Shown here: in pieces, positions 24,862-35,572 of the stretch
Numbering within the stretch: the stretch's first letter is position 1
Layout: each line of letters starts with the position of its first letter
Source: Podarcis tiliguerta
Taxonomy: Eukaryota
Length of the DNA stretch: 64,000 bases
Direction: 5' to 3' (one strand)
Assembly: GCA_965153285.1 (NCBI GenBank)
Contig: OZ229115.1
The notes under the pieces: model-generated
The model's input: only the letters and a program-made list of their open reading frames with translations
The model's database searches: none
What the model was told of the DNA's origin: nothing
Position numbers and translations under genes: made by a program

Positions 24862-27800
24862 TGTCTCCTGCTCAGGAGCATGTTCCACTTCTCTCAGTGC
24901 TGCAAACCACAAGTTTCTCACAGTTCAGCTTGACCAGAGCAATCAGTATTGACCCCTACAACCCTGAACAAGGACAAAATTTCTACCAATTGCCTCTGAA
25001 CAAACCTATTTCCCCAAAGACCCTGGGTAAGGTACACATAACGCTGCGTCTCTTTCCTTTCATCTCAGTCAAAGCAGGGAGGGAGGGGAATCAATAAAAT
25101 GCATGAATAAAGCCTGCTTCAATTGCTGCCATTAAGATTCTGGTGATGTCAGTAATAGAAGCTAAAATAGAAACAGCTTAAGAGCTGCACCCAAATTCTT
25201 CATGTGGTGCTGATCACTTGGCTGGCTATAAGATGAGTATTTATAGACAAGAGCGATTGATGCTGGAAGGCAAGGTGGGGCCAAGCATGTGCCTTCCTTA
25301 AGGGGAAAGCCCACAAAGCAGATATTACTACGACAATGGAATGGCCCTTTGCCCACCTAAGAAGACAGATCGTCAATAATAAGCCGAGTCATCACCAGGA
25401 ATCTTGTGAGATCAATTATCTTGATGCAAGCTTTGAGTATATTCCAAAAGGGAACTAAAAGTGGAATTGGTTGGTTTGAAGACAAGGAACACACCCAGCA
25501 TGCCTATCCTTTTAACCCAGTGGTTCCACCACTTTCTTCCCCATGAACCATTTGAAAAATGCTGAGTCTTGGCAGACCACTTAATGATTATTCTGCCTTC
25601 TATAGCAATTGCAATGCACAGTGCTAAATGTTATATGATATTTAATTGTATTTTTGTTGCTTCTTTTTATATACTGAATTCAAATTGTAATGCAATAAAA
25701 TGCAATATAAGAAGTGAAAGAAGCAATGAATATACAATTAAAAATCTGTATGAATTATCATTTATTCAATTTATATCTCATCCTTCCTTCTTCCTCCCAA
25801 AGGAGCCTGGCCAACAATATTTAATGCAATGGATGTGTTGTCTCTTGTCTTCAACCGCAAATCCATAGACCTAAGTGAAACTCACAGACCACTGGTGGTT
25901 TGCAGGCCACAGTTCGGACTGCAGCCTCTGGAATCAGTTTCAAGACTGGCAGTGTGTTTTGTAGATTATGGTCCCCCCCCCCCACTCCAATCTTGAAGCA
26001 GAGAATGTGCCATTATTCTAGCATTTCAAAGTAAGCAGCACACTAAGATAACCATATAGCACCACTATGCCGAAGTGTTGCAGGGAGGGAGATATAGTAT
26101 CTTCTGTTGGAGCATTTCCTTTCCACATTTTATGTGAACCTGAATGATCCACTTAATCTGTGTTCACAGAAAGCAGAGTATCCTATCCTTTTGACTTCAT
26201 ACTTCACTTCTCACCTGACTATTTTGCATCAGCAGTATTCTTAAATTTGGGCTGCTTTTATCCTCCAGTTCCCTTAGAATCCACAGTAAGACAGAAGAGC
26301 TGTTTGAAGGAAGAGTCACTCCAAAACCAGCTACAGAAGAGGATTCACACTTGCTCCAGCTGACTAAGAGCAACAAAACAGGAAGTGGGGGGGGGGGTTA
26401 GGGGGAGGGACAAAGGCTCACTGGAACTGCCAGGTCCATCTAGACAGGATACATGAGTTGCCTTTTTCCTTAAGATTGGGCCTAGCTCAGACTTGTCAGA
26501 GCTTGTTCAGAAATTAAGCATTTGACCATTCTTTTCAATAGAATATTGGAACTCTGTTTAAAAACAATAGCACAGGATAGCAACATAAGGACAAAAGCAA
26601 ACAGGGGCTTTGGAAAAAGGAACCAGAGGATCACATCCAATGGTTGCATTTAGGCTTTGCTGGAAGACTTTAGGATATTACCAAGCCCCAAACTCAACAA
26701 CAGGTTGTTATTTAAAAAAATAATCAAGGTTTTGTTTCCCCCTTTGCAGAAAGAGTCATGGGATTTCTCTCACATTCTACTAGAAAGGTACCAGATTTAA
26801 AGCAGGAGAGAACAGAATGGCACTGTTCTTATGAGGACAGAGTCCTTGCCAGTGCTGTTCTGCATCTATGGGTAAAAAACCCGAAGTGTTATATGCACAG
26901 CAAGATGTGAATTTGTGCTTGGGTTCAGTTATTTCTGGGTGACGGAAGTGGAAGGGGAGATGACTCAACCCTTCTCCAAGACTGATGATGTTACTGTTGA
27001 TCTTAGCCACAAAACCAGCCAGGAGGCAGACACAGTCTTCTCACTTCCATCCTTCAAGCTCCCCCAAGCTCAACACACATGTTATTTAGAAAGCTGCTGA
27101 ATAAGCAACTTGAAGCATTAATGCTGGGCATGCACCTACATGAATGTGAATACACTTGAGACAGAAGATGTGCTCTGTGATGTCAGGGTGACAGATCTCC
27201 AGACGTCAACTCCAGACATCAACTCCAAGGCACGTTAAAGAAAAAGGTTCTTCGATGTGGAGAGGTAGCTGTCATACTATCAAAATATTGATGTGTTGGT
27301 GTTTTCCTGTCCCAGAGGGGAAATCTTATCCAGCTTACGGACACGGAGTTCAGGAATAACCAGAACACAAGAAAGCAGAAACAGAGCAGCAAAAGTGCAG
27401 AAGAGAAGGACAGAGTCTCCTGCCTCCCTCCTTCATTCTTACTGACAGACCACTGGACCTCTAGTAGCAAAGAGGGAGCAAGAGAAATAGTTCTAAGGGC
27501 CCTAGAGCAATGCACTAGCAATACACTTTTCTTCTGAAGAATAATTCTTGTAACAACTAGAGTGGACAGCTGGCAATGCCACATGCTCCCAGAGTAGTTA
27601 TATGACCCTTAACCTGCCTAACAGATCAGGGTTTAAAAGACAAACACACTGGGGATAGTGGCATTACTAGAGCCCAACTCACATAAGCCAAAGCTGCTAT
27701 ACTGTATATGTTGTTGCCAAACTGTCCCAAGGGTGCAATTATGTGCTGAATGCAATGTGCGACCCAGCGCATACCTGGATACAAATGCAACTTCCAGTAT

Positions 27801-29053
27801 CTGTTGTCATGACAACTTGAAAAAGTGCCACCAAGATCATGAAAAATAGCTAGCAGCGCAGTGCTGTTCATGCGCTACATCTGCCGTGCGATTAGAGGAA
27901 TGTGCACACATGAGGACAACACAGGTTACACTCTATGGACAACCCCTAGGCTGTATGGAACAGACCACTGTGTTAACAGGAGGTAGGGAGGGAAGAGGAC
28001 AAAGGATGCCAAGATGCTGCCGTGCTGCTTGTGAGCAGACAGACTCTTCTTAGTTGATGCGGAGGCAGCCTAGGAAAGCCACAGGATCTGCTAAGGAAAC
28101 CCTCCTCATGAGTCAGCTATATGTGTAAAGGCGTAATGCCAAAGGCAAGGTTTGCAGCTGCTGCTTTGTACATATCTGGAGGTTCCCTCGTGCATCAACC
28201 AAGAAATGAGAACACATGGAAGGAAAGCCCGTGGGCTGGCTTACAGCCTCCTCAGAAGGGAGCTCTTGGTCAGAAGCACTGTCACTCAGCCATTTCTGCA
28301 GCAGGCTCCCACACAGCTACAGTCAGGAAGCTTGAGTTTTATTACCTCTTTGCAAGAAGAGTGCCAGATTATGTTAGTCTTGGCAGGCAAAAAGGCCTTT
28401 CTTGCATAATATACTGGATATAGCAGAAAGAAAAAATATATATAAATACAAAAGCAGCAGAACACCCTGATCCATTTCTGGACCCATCTCATGTACGTAC
28501 CACCTAGATACAACACTGTCCTCCCAGTGGTTCCATTGGGGTAACAATGGAGTATGGAAATGGTTCATAATTGGGTCTCTGAAACAATGGATCTTTTTTG
28601 TTAGCCAAGCCCAATTCCAAATCACAAGCTGGGGGACCCATTCCAACTTTATCAAGACATGCCCTGAGTTTGAGTATTCCACTTCACCATAAAGCATCAC
28701 TTATTTCACGCCTCATGGCCCCAAAATCATCAGAAATGACTGAAGATCTCAATACAGTGACAGACCTCTCAGGCAACAGGCTGATCCAAACATAATGCCA
28801 AATGATGGCGTAATCGGCTTGTGTGCTTCCTCATCCATTTATGAACCCCTGATGGCCCCCATCACTCTTGGTCAGACATGCCATTGTTTCCTGTTACATA
28901 CGAATCGGCAAACTACCCCTCGCCAAACCTAAATGAAGCTCATGATTTGAAGCATGCAAGGTAACACAGAGAATGTGAGCTGCTGCCTTTTAGAGTGAAG
29001 ATAAACTTTATGCAGTTTGAGAGAGTAAAAAATGTGATGCTTGGATATCTGAC

Positions 29054-29221
29054 CTGTGCGATGAGACACTTGAGCTCAGTTCTCTCCATTTCCCAGGTCG
29101 CCTTAGCCTTGGCAAACTGTTGCTGCAGCTCGTTCATGCCTCTTCTCTCTTCGCGCAACTCTGTGCACAGCTCCTTCAAGGTCACCTTCATGTCTGATAG
29201 GGTCTTGATATACTCATTGGC
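29054..29221 (-). CDS. SOGA1: SOGA1 exon ANEYIKTLSDMKVTLKEL...LKCLIAQ
   Basis: tttctagcag|GCC (NAGNAG, alternative start 29224), donor CAG|gtcaga; 168 nt. Confidence 0.93.
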
Positions 29222-29439
29222 CTGCTAGAAATACAAAAAATGCATAATAAAGTATGACTGCCATGCACACAGCACATTATAGACACCGGCCATCACTTTT
29301 CACAATCCTTATGCAGTCAAAAAGAGAGGGGGTTTGAAGGAGAAGCATGCACTCTGAACTAAAGGCAGGGAGAAGAATAGAATCGTAGAGCTGAAAGGAA
29401 CACCAAGGGTCATCTAGTCTAACCCCCTGCAAGACAAGC

Positions 29440-29635
29440 CCGTGTGTGTTCATGTGTAATAGTTAGGGTGCTGGACTAAGACTGGAGAGACCCAAGTTCA
29501 AATCCACACTCAACATTCTGAAGGGCCAATCACAATCTCTCTGCCCAACCTGTTTGGCAGGATTGCTATAAAAAAAGCAGTGGGAGGGGGCTGCTATGCT
29601 TAGCTCCTTGGGGGAAGGGTCAGATATAAATGATA
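29440..29635 (+). mobile_element. Older MIR/Squam3-like SINE; another at about 19128-19320 (-)
   Basis: tRNA-like head (GGACTAAGACTGGAGAGACCCAAGTTCAAATCC), tail GGGTCAGATATAAAT. Confidence 0.55.
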
Positions 29636-30925
29636 GTGAAGTGAAAGTAATAAATGCAATAAGGAAGCTCATTAACTGATTTTTTTTCTAAACTGAATTT
29701 AAACTATGCCACTTCTCTCAGAGTTGGGAGTTCATGGGAAAAGTAGTTTAGTCTGATAATCAGTTTAGGGTGAGCAAAAGCAGACACCTGTGCCCTGCCC
29801 AGCCTCAAAGTGCTTCACTGTGGTTTGTGGGGATTGGTTAAAAAGCAGGAGAAATAAGCAGCCCAGGTTAAACTGACTTGAGTAACAAAGTAGTTACTGA
29901 ATCAGCAGCCAGAAAAATGCTGGTGAAGAACATCTTCCCTGGATAGGTGATCTAATGACTATCTAAGACTTTTTGCACACATGGGCATTGGCAGGAATTT
30001 TTCTGGGAGGGAGGGGGGGGAAAGTAAATACTCCAAACAAACAAAACACAGTGAACATCAGAGAACAGTTCTAGCATTTATGGTGGCTGAAGAGTGTGGC
30101 ACCGTCTAGATAGACACGCCTTCTGAGCAACTTGTGCTCCAGCTTTACCCCTCCGTTGGTTCTCAGTGGGTACCACTGCTGTCCATCTAAGGGTTCTTTC
30201 CCTTCACCCATTAATTAATTGCACTGCTGCTTCACAGAATGAGCCCCTCTTTGTCAGGGAGTGCACCACTTGTTGCCCTCATCCGTCCTCCTCTGGGGTG
30301 GAGAGAATGTGAGGTACAAGAGAGGGGAAATTATCCTGGAAGGTAAAAAAAATAAATTTAAAAAAGGTTGCACAAACCCCTCCCATTCTTTGGTGCTCCA
30401 TGCAAAACCAAAGGATTACTTAGGGTCTAAGTCTCAGGAACAGACATAGGAAGCTGCCGTCTATGCAGGCCTTTGTGGAGCATCCAACAAAGTCGCTGTG
30501 TGAGCGGAATGATTTGCACGACAGAACTTCCCCTCCTTCTATTCTCCCCAAGCACCACCTCCCAGATCTGCACAGGTCTGCACCTTTAAATCTGGGTGGG
30601 GTGCAAAAGACCAGAGGGAAGACCAGAGGGATAGGAATTTCTGTTACACAGACAGAAGTTGTTCCACCAGCACAGCTTGGTTGGACTCAGCCCATACTAT
30701 TTGTCCTCCTATCCCAGAACTGTCTTCTGTGACTGGAAGAATTCCAGGGTCTCGGGAAGTGAGAGGTCTTTTGCACCACTTGCTACCTGATCCTTTTAAT
30801 GGGAGATGCCACGGATCTTCAGCTGCCACAGAGTTACAGGCCAAAGTGCTCTTTGTGGGGAACCTTCTTCACTGCATCCCAAGCAGGAAGAAAATTCCCC
30901 AGCAGGGCACCTCATCACATCTCAC

Positions 30926-31033
30926 CGAGTCCTGAGACCAGGTATCTCTGATACACATCTTGTTATCTGCTTGCTGCTGGGGGTTCAGCTCCTCCTCTTC
31001 AATCAGCAGGTACAGTTCTTTCATGCTGTTCAC
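30926..31033 (-). CDS. SOGA1: SOGA1 exon VNSMKELYLLIEEEELNPQQQADNKMCIRDTWSQDS
   Basis: tctttccag|GTG...TCG|gtgaga; 108 nt. Confidence 0.93.
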
Positions 31034-32234
31034 CTGGAAAGAACAGGGCAGGGCAAGTAGTGAGTGGACGTCTTCAGTGGCTGCATAGAAAAGGACGCAA
31101 CAGTAGTAGCCTGACCTACTGGATCCTTTAAACAGAGGTTAACAGGTTTAGGATGATTAACAGTGAGATGAAGGATACAGACTGTAACAAGATAGGAATG
31201 TGCACCCTTGAGAGATGCCTCTGTGTCACATCATCACAGTGACTTTCAACAGCATTCTCCTCTTTGTGTTTCTGTCTCAGGTACCTTTCCTGCACATTTG
31301 TGCCTAGCAGAACCATCTGTTGGATTCCATGTTAGCCTAGTTTACCAAGAGGTTGTTGTACCCAGGTCTTCAATCACTAAGTTTATGAAAAGATGCCTTG
31401 TGTGTCACTTCTCTTAGAGCAATTTAATCTGTGACACTAAAAAGTGCATTTATGCCTCTCTTGTGATTCTCCGTATCACTTATAAATGTAGTTCATGCAG
31501 CAGAGGAGAAACTAAACACACACAGAGATCAACGTAGAGACTTCATATTTCTGTGAAGAACCTCACTTTTTCATGAAGAATCTAAAACAAAGTCCATTTA
31601 AGCCTCATGTGTGAAACTGCCTTGTATTTCAGCAGCCGACCTTCACCAAGCTGAACTTTATTCACAGCTGAGAAAGCAGCTTACATGCTAAAGGCAAGAT
31701 AGCAGTTCTTGAGAAGGTCATATGGAAGACAGGAAGCAACTGATAAATTGGAGCTGATATGAGCCTCATTCTTGGCAAGTTTTGATAGAGCCCAAAAGAG
31801 AAGCCAGGATACCACCCATTGCTATCTAGGAGACATAATATGTAGTCTAAGAGTGGCTAACCTGTGGCTTCCAGATGTTGTTGGACTCCACCTCCCATAT
31901 GGCCCAGCAGTAGCCAATGGTCAAAGAATTTGGGAGCTATAATACCACAACATCTGGAGGGACACAAATTAGCCACCTGTGATGTAGTTCATCCACACTA
32001 CTATTGCAGCCTCATTCACCCTGTTTCTCTCCCTTCTCTTTGTAAGTGATACAGCAAAAATACATGGGCTGTGGCTATCTATGCAATTTATTGAAGTGTA
32101 GAAAAACAAACTCAAAGCAATTAATAGAAGCAAAAACACATGATTAAAACAAAAGGTCAGAATTATCTGCTTTAATGTCAGAAGTATACTTTTGACTAGT
32201 CAGCAGAGAAGCTCATGCTCAAAGCCTGCCATAC

Positions 32235-32465
32235 CTCCAAGAAGTCATTGCCCTCATTTTGTAGGATCTTTCCCTGCCTCCAATGCTTCAGAAACCACTT
32301 GAGCTTCATGAAAAGGAGCAAGAAATTTTGCTTGAACTGCTGGGATTCCTGCACCAGAAGGTTCTTCTCCTGGCTCCAGAACTTTTGCTCCAGTCTCCTC
32401 TGTAGGTTCAGGCTCTGCAGCTCAAATTCTCGCCTCAAGAGGGCCTTCTGGTGATCTTCCTTCAA
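32235..32465 (-). CDS. SOGA1: SOGA1 exon LKEDHQKALLRREFELQ...GNDFLE
   Basis: tctctgtcag|TTG...GAG|gtatgg; 231 nt; near-identical to recalled human sequence. Confidence 0.96.
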
Positions 32466-33144
32466 CTGACAGAGAATGGGAAGAGATGGAAAGTAGGTTT
32501 GTTAAACGGAGTGAAGTAACAGGGTGAGTACACCAAAATAATCAAGGATAGCTGAGCAAAGAGGAGACACAGGCATTCACATCCTTTTAAAAAGAATTTT
32601 CACATCCACACAAGTTCACTTTAGCTGCTCAGTTTTGGGGCTATGACTAGTTTTAGGGGGGAATGAGTATTTTGGAAAGGACCAGGATGGTAACAGACAG
32701 AGAAAGGATAGAAGCACCATTGGTTTATGAGCACATGTCAGGGGTTACATCAATGAAAAACCACAAAGATGGCTTCTGGGCTAGGACATAGTTATCATCA
32801 TCCCCATCTCAAACTTCCAACTCAGTAAATGTCTTGAGCTTTCCACTGACACTTCACATGCTTCCCAAAATTTCTGCAGCTAGAAATCCCAGAATTCTGG
32901 GCTTTTGTGTTTATCAACTGTATTTCCCAGGGAGCTGCAATTCATGCCTGTTGCCTAAATACAATACTCACAGGTAAAATACATCCAGAGGCCTGACTAA
33001 TAACTCCTGTGAATGGCCTTTTGCCACAATATTTTACTGGCACTTGTTGCTGTGGCTTATGCATCTGGGCAAATAGCTAAGTTCCAGACATGACTAGAGG
33101 ATTCTAGTGATTGCCATTCATCACTCAGAACAAGGTGGGCAAGA

Positions 33145-33497
33145 GAGCAAGAAGAACCTTGCTGAATCAGGTTGAAGGGCCATCTAGTCCAGCACTCTAT
33201 TTTCACTGTGGCTAAACAGATGCCTATGGGAAGCAGAACCTCAGGACAACAGCACTCTCTCCACCTGGGACCCCCAGCAACAGAAGTATTTAGCCTCCAG
33301 GAGTGGAAGCAGAACACAGACTTCATGCCTAGTAACCATTAATAACTCAATTTTCCATGGATTTCTCTAGTAGTATTTTAAGCTCATCCAAATTGACAGC
33401 CATCATTATAACCAACAGAAGCAAATTCCACGATTTAACTATGTGGGCTGTGCAAAGAAGTACTTTCTTTTGTCTGTTCTGAATCTTCCAACATCCA
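33145..33497 (-). mobile_element. Old CR1-like 3' fragment; relatives at about 917-1215 (+), 6186-6500 (-), 47335-47540 (+)
   Basis: Shared motifs TGGAAyTyrCT..ATGATGGC..AATTTGG and GCTGGACTAGATGG..CTGATCCAGCA; family assignment from recognition only. Confidence 0.5.
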
Positions 33498-33878
33498 GCT
33501 TGTAAGTTTGAGAGAGATTTGAGAGACAGAAGAGGTCTCACAAAGAATGGCTATCTTTATATGGAAGCTAGAGAACCCATAGCTGACTCCACCAATTCTG
33601 CTTGGCTGCTAGACGACTGCCGAGTTCAGGTTTGTTTTCAGAGCGTGCTTGTTATGGATAATGTACTCTCAGCATGTTGAGGGGTCATATGGAAGCATTT
33701 GCCTCTTTCCTGGCAGCCAAACAAGGTAGCAGCTGCTTTGTGCTTTCATTCAATGCTGAACTAGGATGTGCCTGAAGTAATGGGAGGGATTAAGCCCTGT
33801 GCCTTTAGTCCCTCCTGTACTCTTGTTGCATGTCTCATCTTCTGGCCTGGAGAGTGGCTCCAGGCAAATCTCACTGAC

Positions 33879-34004
33879 CTGGCAGATTTTCTGGGTGAAG
33901 TTCTCTGCTTCCTCTTTCCTCAGTTGCCTCTCCTGGGAGAGCTGTTCTTGTAGGCCCCTCAAGCTCTCATTAGCCTCTGAAAGGACCAGTTGCAATTCTT
34001 TGAT
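33879..34004 (-). CDS. SOGA1: SOGA1 exon IKELQLVLSEANESLRGLQEQLSQERQLRKEEAENFTQKICQ
   Basis: ccccgcag|ATC...CAG|gtcagt; 126 nt. Confidence 0.95.
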
Positions 34005-34096
34005 CTGCGGGGAATAGTTTAATCAAAGCCAACAACAGTCAGGTATGTCATCCTTGCAAAAACTAATCTCTCCATGTGTTTTTTTTAAAAAATATT

Positions 34097-34102
34097 TTTA
34101 TT
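34097..34102 (-). terminator. Candidate intronic poly(A) signal for the hydrophobic-tail isoform
   Basis: AATAAA on the minus strand about 600 nt after the TAG at 34699, inside the short intron 34005-34431; adjacent genomic A-run is a caveat. Confidence 0.35.
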
Positions 34103-34431
34103 AAAGGCCCATGGAAGAACAGCCAGCTTCTTGCAGGGAGTGACCTTGGCCTGTATGTAACACCCTGTTGTCATGGTGAGGAACCTCCGATCTGTAGGTC
34201 AAGTTAGGCCCATTAGGCTATTTCCCGAGTCTCCAGCCACGTCCACCTGTTTCTCACTTGTCATGTGACATTGGGATAGGTAACACAAGATTTGTATATG
34301 GGCCATGCCATTCTTTTTCCCATCCACATGAAATGTGTTGATCTAGTATTTCTGCAGTCAACTTATTCTCCCCAGAGTCTCCAGCCTTCTTGCCTCCCTT
34401 TGGGAACATAATCCCATACTTTGACACCTAC

Positions 34432-34605
34432 CTCAGCCACATAGGAGTCCTTCTCCTCTGGTTGATATGACTTGTAGCTCCTGTCAAGTTCCATGTTGGG
34501 ATCCACATCCATGGTGGCGGTGCTGTTGCTGCTGCTACTGCGGTAGAGATCAGAGGTCCTGCTCTCCGTGATGTCCCAGTCGGGGGGCTCCCTAAAGTCA
34601 GACTG
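34432..34605 (-). CDS. SOGA1: SOGA1 exon QSDFREPPDW...EKDSYVAE
   Basis: tgcag|CAG (NAGNAG, alternative start 34602), donor GAG|gtaggt; 174 nt, phase 0/0. Confidence 0.9.
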
Positions 34606-34698
34606 CTGCATGCATGGGTAAGTTAATGAGAACAAACCAAAAGAGCAGAAAAGAAAAGAAAAAACAAACAAAACAATGGGTCTCAGGAACAATAAGAG

Positions 34699-34800
34699 CT
34701 ACAAGACAACAAAAAGGATGAAGAGGAGGAGGAACTTCACTACCGTGGCAGAAGACAAAGTGGAAAACAAAAGGAGACACAAAATGAGCAGACACGTGGG
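34699..34800 (-). CDS. SOGA1: Alternative terminal coding segment of SOGA1: SOGA3-like hydrophobic tail PTCLLILCLLLFSTLSSATVVKFLLLFILFVVL*
   Basis: Acceptor ttttttccctctctctcttttcccccctccccaaacaatccag|CCC with a 74-nt AG-free zone; phase 0, in frame with the upstream exon; 33 codons then TAG; colinear with the recalled SOGA3 C-terminus. Confidence 0.75.
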   Translation of the reverse strand, partial: PTCLLILCLLLFSTLSSATVVKFLLLFILFVVL

Positions 34801-35572
34801 CTGGATTGTTTGGGGAGGGGGGAAAAGAGAGAGAGGGAAAAAATGTGCAAACACCAGTTATGGTGCCATGCAGTGCCTGGGGTGGGGCTAGTTGAGGGAG
34901 GAAGGGGGGGCAGGAGCATGCACAAAAATAGAACTCTGAAAAACTGGAGTGTGCTTCAGGAGGTTGCAACCCTTCCCCAGATCCCCTTCCCTTTCTTAGG
35001 TCTTACCTTAGATCAGAAGCAGCATGTACCTGGCCTCCTGGCAACAGCAGCAGTATCGTTTACCAGAAGGGATGAACTGGAAGGGAGCCTGGTACTGTGT
35101 GGGCACATTGGTGGCACCAATGTGGTGCTGTTGCTGATGCAGCCCATACAATGCCACTACCTGCAAGCAGTAGCAATTCAATTGCCAGGAGGCCAGGTGT
35201 GCAGTGATGCTCCACTAGCTGCTGTTGTCCTAGACCAGTCTTCTCCAACTTAGTGTCCCCCAGATGATGATGGACTGCAGCTGGTACTAAATAATTCTTC
35301 AGCAGCAGCTGTAATGTGGTTTCCACTTCTCAAAGCAATCTTCCTCCTGCCTCATGCACACTCCACTAAACCAGAGTCCTACCTTGTCACTAGCCACAGT
35401 TCCATGCAGTGAGCCAGTTGTTAGTTGTCATTTCAGAAAAGAGAGGCAGAAAAGGGAAGTTACATTAACAGGGCCAGGTTCTGATTTGTTAAAGCAGGAG
35501 AAAACAGCATGGGCAAATAAAGCAATAATCACTGCCAGGAAGCTACTGTTGACATCTCAGGAAAAGCCTCAC

